Of a stretch of DNA of 64,000 bases, positions 1-15,361 are shown in pieces. The translations under genes and the position numbers were made by a program. The DNA lies in assembly GCF_009914755.1 (NCBI RefSeq), contig NC_060926.1; one strand, written 5' to 3'. The notes below the pieces were generated by a model. It made no database searches. It saw only the letters and a program-made list of their open reading frames with translations, and was not told the origin of the DNA. Origin of the DNA: the human T2T-CHM13v2.0 reference genome, Homo sapiens. Positions within the stretch are counted from its first letter, which is position 1; each line of letters opens with the position of its first letter.

Positions 1-1165
<1,165 letters not shown>

Positions 1166-2959
1166 GATTTTTTCCCGATCCTAGTTAGCTGTTAAAAACT
1201 GTATGTGAGCCCATCATTCCTACTGAAACCATATTGTAATTTAAACCACATTTTTGTTATAGGGACACCTACCAACATTTAAAAATACTTCCTACTCTAA
1301 AGTAGAGTTGAAGTTTATCATTTATAAATGGAGATATGGCATAGAAGCTGAGAATAACAGTTGACGCCACATGAACTGGCAAACACATTTTCTTGAATAT
1401 TTTAATTTTGTAATTTTTAAAACATTCTGGGCTGAGTCACTTATTTTGGTGATGGCATTTTGGAATCCTATGCTAAGAATTAAATGTATCATTTTTTCTA
1501 GGAGGGTCTAGCCATAGTTTTTAGGCTTTAGAGATAGAATGTACTTGATGTATCAAGAATATCATATGTCATCAAATGCATAGCCCCATTCCCCTGAAAA
1601 TCAACCTAGAAAATCTATCTGAATGCAATTTTGTCTTCTTTTACCGATTTTAATTTGTCCTTTTTGCTTGTAAAAAGGTCTAAGACTTGACCTTGTGGAT
1701 TTGGTCTGGCCAGTCAGATGGGGTATAATTATAGCCCTTTCAAGGCTGAATATGTAAGATTCCATGAACCAGTTCAGATGCCTTTGCAGATAAAATGCTC
1801 ATGTTTTAGATTATTTAGATAGATGTTAAGATACCCTTTGTCAGTCTTCCAGCTTCTTTACTGCTGCATCCAGTCTAGAAACCATGATAATTTTTGAAAC
1901 TGAGTAATCTATGTTAGATTTAATTCAGAGAAAATAAATTCTAAAAGATGAAAATGTAGTTAATATTAGTTAACAGTAATTTACTGTAATATGTGACTTT
2001 TTTTTAAAAGGTGGTTATTGATCTTTGAGCATATTTTATTTGAGAGTCACTTGTTATTTTAGGTTGCCAAAGTTGAAGACTTCCTTCTCAGCTGATGTTA
2101 AATATTGTTGGTTTAGCACAAACGTCACTATCAAGAAAACAGGAAGCTATGTAGGACACATGCCAAATGGTAAATTAATAGTCAGGGTAAAGGAAACTGA
2201 CGTAGACTCAGGGAAGGAACCCTGGACTCATCTACTTTGTTCTTTTTAGGTGGCTTGAAGAATAGAAATGGTCTAAGTCATTATTTTTTTCCAGACAGTG
2301 TATCAAAAAACAGGGTTAGCCCTATTAAGCCAGAAAGAATATATTTTCTTATATTTTGCATTATTTTAAAACTGCTAATGTTTTAAAGGTTGTAGAATAT
2401 CTTCATATAGCTTTGTTAATCTAGATTAGTTCTTGGCTGTCACTAAAAAGCCTATAAAGTATAGTAAAATTTGCCTACTTTTATTTTTTTATAGTGAAAC
2501 CTTAACATTTGAGTCGGATCTCAGTAACTAGGAACAAATGATAATTTAAAGAGGAGTCAAATCCAAATTTACCTTTCATTATTTACTTAAACTTTATATA
2601 TATAGTTTGCTAAATCAGTGAACAGTGTCATCATTGTAGAGTCTGTGTCAAGTTACAGGGGGCTTGTTCCCTCTCTTGTAGCCTTGATTTATGTGTTTAC
2701 AGTTTTTATACTTATTACTGATAAATAATTTTCTTTTCATTAGAACGCATGTAATAGAACTTCTTTTTGGCAATATTTTGTCATCTTTTACTTCTCATTT
2801 TTCTAGGTACTTAATAAAATATCATTTGTTGAAAACATTTATAGTTCACCAATTATGAGATTTATAGTTATAAATCTTTATAAGCCACTAATTATGATTT
2901 ATAATTCACTAATCATAAGATATTAATCTGATGGTTTTCTCTTAAATTATTGAGAGATG

Positions 2960-3206
2960 GTTTAATGTAGTAATTAAGAAAGTGGGCCATGGAGGCAGAC
3001 ATCCTGGGTTTGGATCCCAGCTCTGTCACTCACTAGCAAGTTACATAAGCATCTACGTGCCTCAGTGCCCTCATCTGTAAATTGGGGTAATAACAGCACC
3101 TATCTTGGAAGGTTGCTGTAAGTTTAAATAGTTTAATATAATTAAAGAGCTTAGAATAGTGCCTGCCACATTAGTAAATGCCCGACAAATATTAGCTGCT
3201 GTTATT
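2960..3206 (+). mobile_element. MIR SINE
   Basis: MIR core cctcagtgccctcatctgtaaattggggtaataacagcacc and the MIR 3' end. Confidence 0.85.
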
Positions 3207-4499
3207 TGTTTATTGTGGAAATATAATAATTATAGGTAATAACTTAAAGTTTAAATTCTGAGTTGTGTGTACAGTTCTTCAAAGGGAAAACCTTCCACAA
3301 ATAATCACACTTTTGCCTTTCTTGGAGGTGAGGATGAGCACATCATCCCAATTCCAGTTAAATCAACAGTCTTTTTTTCTTGTTGTTGTTTTTAATCATG
3401 AAAAGAGTACAACACTAGGAGTCAAGATATATGCATTCATTCAGCAAACCTTTATCCTCCTACATAGTTGTTGGAGTGTTCACCTCCTGGATATCAGTGC
3501 TAGACACTGGAGATTTAAAGATGCCTAGGCCATGGAGACTAAGATATGGTTAGCGTGTCCTGTAAGTGGTTTCCAATCCCAGAGTGCCAGTGAGACCCTT
3601 TGCTCTTTGATGTCATCATCTGTAAAATGACAGTTCTTGAACTTAGTTTATGAGTGTTAGTAATATGCTAAAATTTCATCAGTGCTGGATACTTAGCACT
3701 GTGCTAGGTGCTATACTAGGACTTACTTAAAAAGGAGTATAACATAGCGCTTGACACTAGAATCTTATGATCTGGTTGGGAAAACAAGCCACAAGGAGAA
3801 AAATAGACAAATAATACTGGGAGTCATGTGATTAAATGTAAAATAAGAGACTCAACAGATGAGAATGTGCGAAGGTTCTTACGCTCAGCATTTTATTGCG
3901 TCAATGATTAACTGCCATTTCTGTAATAAAGTACTAGATTAAACTACCTCCTTTGATGCTATCAAGAATTCCCGCTTGATAATTCCCACTTTCATAATCT
4001 GTATAATGTGAGTTTAACTCCCTTTGTTCACTCACATGTTAAACTTTAAAATAGTGCATTCCTGGTATATTTAGGTAATTTGAAATTGGTAAAAGATATA
4101 TTTTTACAGCATAGTTTTTATCCAAAATCCTTTCTGTACTCTAACACCAAGATATGTTTTTTGTTCTTGTTACTGCTATATTCCTAGCACTTAGTGCCAG
4201 ACACACAGTGAACACTGATGAAATATAGTTGAGAGACAAATTTGAAATTATACTTAACCGTCAGCAATTTTAAAATATTTAAAAATAATTTTTAAATTAA
4301 AAGTGATTCAATTTGGAATACTGGCTTTTTCAACCTTGGCTCTAACTATGTGTGAGGACAAGTTGCCATTCTATAAATATAATTTTAATGTAGCCAGTAG
4401 CTTTTTCTTTACTAGCTTTTTCATACTTGTATAAGGAAATGGCTTTCTAGATGAGTGAATTTCCCTGCTTTATTAGTTATCTGTTACTGATTTATGACA

Positions 4500-4590
4500 G
4501 CAGCTTCATGGGAGACCTTAAGCTAGAACTGCCCAGCCAAGCCATTCCCAAATTCCGACCCAAAGAAACTGTGAAAGATAATAAATGTTA
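4500..4590 (+). mobile_element. MLT1-type LTR fragment
   Basis: cccagccaagccattcccaaattcc...agaaactgtgaaagataataaatg resembles the MLT1 3' region. Confidence 0.55.
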
Positions 4591-4804
4591 GAAATGTGAA
4601 GTTTTGTGATATCACAGTATAAAGACTTTCATATGCCTTACTTGAAGACTGTTCATCAGTATATCACCCTGAATTCTTTCCTTCTGAGAAGGAGTGAAGT
4701 ACTTTAAAAGAAAAAGATAAAATCAGGCCATCATAGCCAAGTTTTCCTAGTCAAATAGAAAAGGGTTGTATTTAGCCTTAAAAGATTTTATAATTGTGTA
4801 AAAC

Positions 4805-5082
4805 CGTGGCTCATGCCTATAATCCCAGACTTTGGGAGGCTGAGGCGGGAAGATTGCTTGAGGTCAGGAATTCGAGACCAGCCTGGGCAAAGCCCTGAGA
4901 CCCTGTCTCAAAAAGAAAAAAAAAAATTTAGCTGAGTGTGGTGGTGCACCTGTAGTCCCAGCTACTTGGGAGACTGAGGTGGGAGGATTCCTTGAGCCCA
5001 GATGTTCAAGGCTGCAGTGAGTTATAATTGTGCCACTGCACTCCAGCCTGGGCTCTAGAGCAAGACACTGTCTCCTAAAAAA
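4805..5082 (+). mobile_element. AluJ
   Basis: Alu dimer with AluJ-type cttgagcccag in the right arm. Confidence 0.9.
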
Positions 5083-5145
5083 ATTATAATAGTAAAATAG
5101 TTCATAGTTCATGTTCATTATAAAAATCAAAACAATGCAGAAAGC

Positions 5146-5443
5146 AGATGGGTGCAGTGGCTCATGCCTATAATCCCAGCTCTTTGGGAGGCTGAGGCAG
5201 GAGGATCACTTAATTCCAGGAGTTTGAGACCAGCCTGGGCAACATGGTGAAACCTTGCCTCTATTAAAAATACAAAAAATTAGCCAAGTGTGGTGGCATG
5301 TGCCTGTGGTCCCAGCTACCTGGGAGGCTGATGTGGGAGGATCGCCTGAGCTCGGGAGTTTGAAGCTTCAGTGAGCTGTGATTTCACCACTGTACTCCAG
5401 CTTGGGTGACAGCAAGACCGTGTTTCAAAAAATTTAAAAAAAA
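5146..5443 (+). mobile_element. AluJ
   Basis: Alu dimer; flanking aatgcagaaa duplication. Confidence 0.9.
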
Positions 5444-5629
5444 ATGCAGAAAAGTAATTAGAAGAATCTTGTAAAAATCATTTCAAATCCGGCCACATTT
5501 TGGTTACTCTCCTTCTGAAATCTGTCTATGTGTGTAGATATACATACTTTCAAGTGTCCTTTTTCCATAAGTGGAATCATACTATTTCCATGTATTTTTA
5601 AAGCTTTTTAAACATTACCATGGGTTTAG

Positions 5630-6662
<1,033 letters not shown>

Positions 6663-6880
6663 TTTCTTCTATCTTTTCTGTGATGTTTTAGTGGCCCTTA
6701 TAGATTGGCTAGCCCACCCATTAGCCTGACTGTTTCCATAGAAGATTTGGTTATTATCTCACACTTTGAACTCTCCATTTCCTTTTCCCTAAACATGCTC
6801 CTTTCCTAGAAGTCTTATTCAATAAATCCATTTGTCTCATCTCCACTGCTGTTACCCTAGTCCAAGGATCCATCATCTTT

Positions 6881-7482
6881 CTTTCTTTTTTCAGATCTAA
6901 AGTGGTTATTATTATTATTATTATCCTACCTGCATTGGGTTTTCAGTCCCAGTGAAGACTGAGAAACCTGGTGAGACCAGTAAGCATCCCTGGGGGGTAA
7001 ACACAAGACTCATCCACATTGCTCCCAGCTGCCCTGGCCTTCCTACAACCCTTAGAGGTTTGCAATCCCTGTTCCTTATAGCCAGCTATGTAGCGATGTC
7101 TTTCCTTAAATAGTAGAGACTTTGGGCAGCAGAGCTCCTCATCCCATTCCAGGTAGATAACCACACCCTGAAACACTCCTCTCCATGACTGAAGGTGAGA
7201 GGCTGAGGGGAATGGTCTCTGCCCTCTGTGACCCTGTTCGTTCCTTTCCAGCGCCATTCTTGCTCTCATGCGCCTGAGTGTGGGCCTTATCTGCCAGGTG
7301 GGCTACACTCTGCTCAACTCCCACATCACAGAACACTGTCTCCTCACTGAAGACTGTGAAGTGAATGTTTACTGAAGCAGCAGCATTATTACTGCACCAG
7401 AGCTAGAAAATGGACAGGCAAGGATCTCTGTAGATAGCAGAGAAGTAGGTGATACCATCTACAAATGCATGTTGGTTTTGCA
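6881..7482 (-). pseudogene. Unidentified 5'-truncated retrocopy or transduced sequence (UTR-like)
   Basis: TSD ccatcatcttt at 6870-6880 and 7483-7493, T-rich tail at 6881-6891, and L2 sequence contiguous across the insertion. No repeat family or parent gene recognised. Confidence 0.6.
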
Positions 7483-7695
7483 CCATCATCTTTGTTGACT
7501 AAAATGGTCTCCTCCCTGGTCTGGCTATGTTCATTTTATCTCTTGTGGTCTTTTTTTTTTTTTCTGTACAGTAGGCAAAGTGGTCTTTTAAAAACATAGA
7601 TGTTTTTACTCTTCTGCTAAAAACCCTGCTTTGTGCTTGGCATAAAAGCTGAATGAATTGCAACCACTTGCAGGTCCAGTGTGATCTGTCCCTTC

Positions 7696-7799
7696 CTTTT
7701 GCCCCTCTCTCCCTCATTTACTGTGTCCTAATCTTTTGCCCTTCTCTCCCTCATTTACTGTGTCCTAATCTTTTGTTCTTCTCTCCCTCATTTACTGTG
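7696..7799 (+). repeat. 37-bp tandem repeat, about 2.8 copies, inside L2
   Basis: Unit cttttgcccctctctccctcatttactgtgtcctaat starts at 7696, 7733 and 7770. Confidence 0.92.
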
Positions 7800-8241
7800 C
7801 TCCAGCCGCATTGCCCAGATATATCAAGATTTCTTCCCCAGATGTACCAAGCTTGTTCCTGCCTTCACACCTTTGCACCAGCTGTTTGCTCTGCCTGGAA
7901 TGCTCTTTCCCAGAACTTGGCATGGTGGGCCCCTTTGTGTTATTCAGTTTTCGGATTTCACCTCCTCCAGAGGTCCTCTTTGATCTTCCAGTGTAAAGTA
8001 GCTCTTGCTTCAGTGCAGCACCCTGTTTTATTTTCCTCATAGCATTTAGCAATCCTAAACCATCTTTATGTGTTTGTCTCTTGTTTATCGTTTTCTTCTT
8101 CCCTCACTAGAATTTAAGTACCATGAGACGGTAGATCTTCTCTGTCTCGTCAGTCCTATAATCCTAACACCTAGAGCAATGCTTGATAAATCTTATCTAA
8201 ATGAAAAAAATCAGTGAATGAAACACAGAGATAGAGAAATA

Positions 8242-8545
8242 TTTTTTTTTTCATAAAACTATAATTTGTTAGTCAACACATAGGAATTGTACATATTTAT
8301 GGGGTATATAATGATGTTTTGTTACATATAGTGTATAGTAATAAGATCAGGGTAATTAGCATATCCTCATCTCAAACATTTATCATTTATTTGTGATGGA
8401 AACAGTCAATATCCTCCTTCTAGCTATTTGAAACTATTTATTATTGTTAACTCTAGTCATCTACAGTGGTATAGTACACCAGAATGTATTCCTCTTATCT
8501 TGCTATAATTTTGTATCCTTTAACAAATCTCTTCCTATCCCCCTT
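8242..8545 (-). mobile_element. L1MA-type 3' end
   Basis: aattgtacatatttatggggta...atcagggtaattagcatatcc...ttgttaactctagtca. Confidence 0.8.
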
Positions 8546-9287
8546 AGAAATGTACCTTTTAATACACTGAGGTTGCTGGAACCAGCTGTTGATGTAGTAA
8601 GGGAGGAAGGTGACATGGCAGGGCACAAAAACACTTAACCAGTTCTGGTTAAAGTATATAATAAAAAGTGTGGCCCAATAATGAGTGTAACCATTCGGGA
8701 AAAAAACAATTTGTCATTGAAGAAGGAGTGAGTTATTCAAACAAACTGGAATCAGGTTAATCCTGACGATTTCCTGTACTTCGAATAACTTCAGTCTTTA
8801 AGCTGCATAGTTAGATAATTTGATCCCCAAGCCCCAAAAAGATCCTTGATTGTGAATGGTGTTTTTCATAAATTTAAAGCATTGCAGTTGAATGCAATAG
8901 AAAAGGAAAAATCTTAGTGTTGGTTATAGGGCTCATAACAGCATGCTCATAATGACATGATGCTCATTACCGTCATTAGATTGTACTTCATAATGCTAGA
9001 ATTTATGTGTTTTCTGTAGTCTTTTAAAATAACTACTGTGTTGTGGGGTAGAAAAGATTACACTAAAAGGGAAATATGATGCCTCTAAAATGTACTCTGA
9101 GAAATTTTTTTTATATTGAAAGGAAAATGAGAAAGTATTCTTAAAACCTGTGAAATATAAAAATTTGTTACCATTCAATTACTGGTGCAACTTAGTTGTT
9201 TAGTTTATAAACTGGTATTTTTATTGACCCCTGAAGATAATGAGGAATAATCAACTTAGTGATTTATGTTAAACATACCCTTGTTAA

Positions 9288-10022
<735 letters not shown>

Positions 10023-10394
10023 TGACTCTTGCCCTTCCAAGTTGCCATGTAGGGAAGTTGTACATTTATTTCAACTATGCATCCATCCGTTAAATTACTT
10101 TTATAGGTTCTTTTTTAGAATTGCTTCACAGCCAGTTTTGGAATTATGAAAGAAAATTAGCCTCCTTGCTTTCGTTTGTAAATTAAAACTCTCATCTTTT
10201 TAAAACAAAATGAAGACATATTACTTTCTCAATTGACTTCATATTAATATTTTATTAACTTATGAAGCCCATGCAGCTGTTATGCAGTTGAACTTATGAC
10301 TTCTAAGATAAAAATTATCTTGTACAGCAGATCTGTGAAGAGCAAGAAACATTGTATAACTTTGTGAAATAATAGATTAAAAAAAAAAAAACCA

Positions 10395-10701
10395 GGCCAG
10401 GTGCAGTGGCTCATGCCTGTGATCCTGACACTTTGGGAGGCTAGGTGGGAGGAGGATCACTTGAGCCCAGGAGTTCGAGACCACCCTGGGTAACATAGTG
10501 AGACCTCCTCTCTTAAAAAAAAAAAAAAAAAAAAAGCCAGGTGTGGTGGTGTGCACCTGTGGTCCCAGCTGCTTGGGAAGCTGAAGTGGGAGGAGCTTGA
10601 GCCTGAGAGATTGAGGCTGCAGTGAGCAGAGATTGCACCAATGCACTCCAGCCTGGGCTACAGAGTGAGACCTTGTCTTGAAAAACAAAACAAAAAGAAA
10701 A
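10395..10701 (+). mobile_element. AluJ
   Basis: Alu dimer with expanded A linker. Confidence 0.92.
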
Positions 10702-11295
10702 TACCAAACTGTTGAGACCTGGATAACTACCCCCCACCTTTTAAATTTGCATTTTACTTGAAATTGAGTATGCATTGTGCTTTCCTGCAGATGAAAGTTA
10801 TGGTGTGCCAAATCTAAAGGAAGCACTGAACCTTTGTGGAAGGAAAGAAAACCATCTGGTACCAGAAAAAGGCTAAAAGTGGGCTCTTTTTTGTACTAAC
10901 AGAATGAAAGCTAAGAGTCCATATTTAAAATATGATCATAAAACTATTCTTATTTTACAGTTCTTGGCATAAGAATAGACATGTGTTTTGGATAATATAC
11001 CTAATTTTAAAAGTCGAGATATGCCTCTTTGAGAAAAGTAGTTGAAGCACACTGTTGATGTTTGTCGTTAGAACACATGTAAGTTTTATTGTGAAATAAA
11101 TGAATTATTTGTTTTAGGACGAGTCTTCATGTCTTGGCTTCCATGACTATTAAAGGCTTTTATTTTGTTCTGTAAGCCAGTGTTTTAATCTGTTTTGTAT
11201 AAAGATCCTGTTTTGTTTAGTATCATAAACATGTGGGTTTTTAAAGTTTGTTTTTAAAAAATCTTTTCTTTCTTCTGTTTCTGCATTTTTTAAAG

Positions 11296-11372
11296 CTGCA
11301 CATCATTGACTCCTGGGCCCAACTGTGACCGATTTAAACTGCACATACCATATGCTGGAGAGACATTAAAGT
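11296..11372 (+). CDS. BABAM2: Internal 77-nt coding exon of BABAM2 (BRE/BRCC45), about residues G43-W69; probably exon 3
   Basis: Polypyrimidine tract plus AAG acceptor (AG at 11294-11295) and GTAAGT donor at 11373. Phase 2 in, phase 1 out. Translates as C|TGC ACA TCA TTG ... TTA AAG|T = [25 protein letters not shown], matching the recalled BRE sequence [33 protein letters not shown]. Confidence 0.96.
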
Positions 11373-12689
11373 GTAAGTAAATGATGACTATTTTACTCAA
11401 AATGTAGGTTACAGTGTCAGCTATTGGACTTTGTGCTTTAGTTTTCATTTCCGGCTGTTAGTTGTTATCTCCTAAGATATTGTTCACTAGCATTTACCAC
11501 TTTTCTTATCTGCCATTCAATTCTAGTTTGATTAAAAGTAAGGCAGTTGGCAGGGAATACGTTGTGGTTAAATAGGCATGCACAGAAATTCCTAATATTT
11601 AGGCATGCCCGGTAATTTTTATGTGTTTTTTTCTCTATAGGCGGCTTTTACGTAATACTCAATAAAGAGTCCACTGCTTTAGAATACCTGGCCATTTCGA
11701 AACAGTTTTTAGGTAGGAGTGGCTGCTGTCCATCACTGCTGCTAACCCCCCTGTGGAACCGCTGCGCCACGACTTGTCACTGATTTATCTCCTGTTGTTA
11801 CCGAAGTGTAAGAGTCCTACCTCAAAAACTCTTGGCATGGCTTAGGCATATCAACATGTTATCTCCTTTATAGCAAGGATCAGAGATACAAACGGTCTAC
11901 AAGGGCTAGATTGGTAATATAGTGAGGGAAACAGGCTAGGTGTGGCAAACTGGGACACCCTGTCACTTAAGGGGAGTTACCTTTACTGATTTATTGAGAG
12001 AAGGTGGACGTCTGAAGTTTTACCTGAATTCTGTCAGTTTTAGATGTTGCTACTTTTTCAAAATTAAAAACATGGAGTTGGCCAATATTATGCAGGCTAA
12101 ACTGAATGTGTCTGTGGGCTGGCTTGAGTTCCTGGACCATAAGTTATTGATCTTGGATGGATAGTATGGAAGATCTGTCATTGGACTTAGCCCATCAGCT
12201 ACAGCAGCCCTCTAGACTGTATCAGCTTTTCTCTGTCACTATTACCAATACTGAACCTCTAGCCTAGTGTGGAAATCACAGTGGCTTTGGTTGGTTAGTG
12301 TTGGTAATCTCACCAGGAATTTTCTCTCTTGAACCTATTCTTGTGGTGAACAGCCTATTAAGGTTTTTCCTATTCCTAAAAAGAAAAATAAAGTACATGG
12401 ATATTAAACATGGAACAGATGGGTAAACCGCTTTTTGACCATTGGACCAGTGTGTTTTACCATTACATGCCAGGAGGGGCCATGTCTCTGTATAGTATTT
12501 TGTATTCTTAGTACTATATTCTGTAGAATCACTTGATACTAATTTATCAAATGCAAGATTAAATGAGAAATGTTGGACATGCTGACTTGTCAGCCTTGCA
12601 TTATTAGACCATTTTCTGGAAACCATTAAAATATAAAATAATTTTACCTGTCTGAAGTAGTAGGACAGATTCGACTACTTTTTTTTTGA

Positions 12690-14530
12690 AAAAATTATTA
12701 ACTAAATTTAAAAGAAATGATCAAAGTAAATAATTCATGTGGTTAAAAACGTAAAAGTACTGGAATTTTTTGATACATGAAACCAGTAGTCTTCTCTCCC
12801 AGTCCAGTTTCCTGAGAGAATCACTTGCAGATTCTAAAAATTTTCAGTTTAGCTCTCTGGGGATGATCTCCATATCTTTAAATAATATACTTTTGCCTCC
12901 GTTTCTTGCCTTATCAGTTTTAGACATTGTTATCTTTTGACTTCCTGCGCTGATACATGAAGCATCAGCCTGTTTTCCCTATGCCCCTTAACTCTGTTTT
13001 CTTTTCCTTCTTAATGTAGTTATATCACCATTATTGGTTCCTGTGTTGGTTACCCTGTAGCTTAAAAATTTTTACTTACTTTTTTTAATGGATCACTTTA
13101 GACATTGTATTACACAGTTAATGAATAACCCCTAAGAATTCTTAGTAAGTACCTGGTACCTGGTACACAGTTAGCTTCGTTATTACTTAAGGACAATCTC
13201 TAAGCAAGAATGGTGAATACTTAGGGTAGTATATTCTTTAGTTTTACATTAACCATAGATACTGTGTCTTTTGCCTCTGCATTTTATGAGATGAATATAT
13301 TAGCCCCTGCCCTTCCTTCAATTCCTCTTCCTTCACCTCCCAGCTTTTGTCTTTGGTTATTTTCCTTTTGCATTTTCAAGATTGTTAACTTACTGTCCGT
13401 TCTAAATCTGTAGTTGTCTTCTGTGCCTTGCCTATAAATTGCTTGAACGATTGCTCTGGAGGCCTGTTCCTGCATAATTATCACTGTGAGATTTGCCTTT
13501 ATTACTTTTTTGAATTTGACCTTGTTTTGTAGAATCTATGTATCGTAGATTCTATGTTTTGTAGAATGATTTCTTGATAAACAGGTTACCTACTTATCTT
13601 GCTGGCACCCATTCTCAAATAACTTGCTCAGATTCTATTCCTCTTTCTACCCTTCTGTTTTCCTTTAGCCCATCCGATAATTTTTTATTACTACAGTCAC
13701 AATTAGGTATCTTAATTTCTAGGAACTCTTTCTTGCACTGTTTCTCATTCTCAGCATCTTGTTCTTATTTTATGAATATAGGTCCTTTAAAATCCTTCAA
13801 AGAATAAAATTTAGAGATTCAAAAAAAATGTTTTCTTCTGTTATCTGAATTATTTTAATTTTCCCTAGGGATTATATTTTTGTTTATCATATTTTTTCCC
13901 TCTTTTATGCTATAGTTTTTCTTCAAATAAAAGGTATTCATTTCTGTTTAAGATAGACAATAAAATAGTGATTGGGACTTCTGAGTAGGTGAGCAAGGCT
14001 TATGGAATGTGTGGATGAATGATGGGCCAGATGTGAGTCAACTGCTCTAGCTCTCCTCAAATAGTTTGTTCTATTTCTTCATTGAATACCTGGGCATACA
14101 TACCTGATCACCCTGTCATTTTCAGGGGGTACGTATATAGACTATTCCGTGAGGAGCTTTTGCTTACTCTTCCTGTTCTTAGCCCTGTGTCTCATTCTTG
14201 CCTCCCCTTACACTGGATAACTAGAAACTTTTATGGGTTTACTAGGACAGATGGCTTCCTCCTCATCAGTAGCCTCTTCCTCACATTATTACAGGTCAAA
14301 GCTTTCCTCTGCCCTATCTTGTCAAGTACTACACTTCCATCTGCATTCTGTCTCTAGCAATTTGCTAAACTTTCTCATCTACTGATTAACTACTCTCCTC
14401 CCTTCCTCTTCATCTTCCTGTTGTTTGGGATTTTATCTTTCTGTATTCACTATCATTTAACGGGATTGGAGGGGGTCTTAGAGAAGAAATGAGTGTGTGT
14501 GGTCAGTCCACAGTCTTGAGACAAAAATAA
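12690..14530 (-). mobile_element. Highly decayed L1M/L1ME fragments
   Basis: T-rich sequence with scattered antisense L1 phrases; boundaries uncertain. Confidence 0.4.
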
Positions 14531-14929
14531 TGTGACTTCACAGGCATCTTTCTAGTAGCATGGGTTTATGTTAGGAAGCATTTGCTGTTACCCTATATCC
14601 TCTCATTACTATAAGCTCTTCATGGGAAACCTTTAATAACATTTGTGATTAGTGTATTAGGACTGTCACTCATCATATAACATAATTATATTCTAGCAAA
14701 TTATTGTTGGATATCGTCATTATACATTGGGGACTTAATTTAGCCCACAGTATGCTCTATAATAAATAAATAATAAGTGAACATTGTATAATGGCAATTC
14801 TTATGCTAAAATGAGTCAAGATTCTAGTGTTAAGCAGCTCACAGCCAAATAAAAGGAAAAGGTAATTGATCATGGAAACTATATTTATAAAAGTTCATAG
14901 AATTAGAAAGATGAGTTTTTTTTTTAAAA

Positions 14930-15225
<296 letters not shown>

Positions 15226-15227
15226 TT

Positions 15228-15361
15228 GTTTTTTTTTTTTTTTTTTTTTTTGAGACAGTCTTGCTATGTTGCCCAGGCTGGACTTGAACTCCTGGGCTCA
15301 AGTGTTCTTCCTGCGTCAGCCTAAGTAGCTGAGACTACAGGCACACACCACCATGCCCAGA
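15228..15361 (-). mobile_element. FLAM-like Alu monomer
   Basis: Single monomer with poly-T: ttgctatgttgcccaggctggacttgaactcctgggctcaag. Confidence 0.8.

Larger units (their letters stand above)
6720..8225 (+). mobile_element. L2 LINE 3' portion, split by the 6881-7482 insertion
   Basis: ctccactgctgttaccctagtccaagg-ccatcatc...; ctgcctggaatgctcttt; ccctcactagaatttaag; ends in a gaatgaa-type tail. Confidence 0.8.

Noticed and set aside
2853-2918. AT-rich palindromes (agatttata-gt-tataaatct; ttatgatt...aatcataa)
   Set aside because: Stems of only 8-9 bp in very AT-rich sequence; expected by chance.
6943-7336. Minus-strand ORFs (108 and 65 aa) inside the orphan retro-insertion
   Set aside because: No recognisable protein similarity; consistent with chance frames in UTR-like sequence.
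7696-7799. CRISPR-like array (37-bp repeats); likewise 26359-26490
   Set aside because: Head-to-tail repeats without unique spacers, in primate DNA, with no cas genes.
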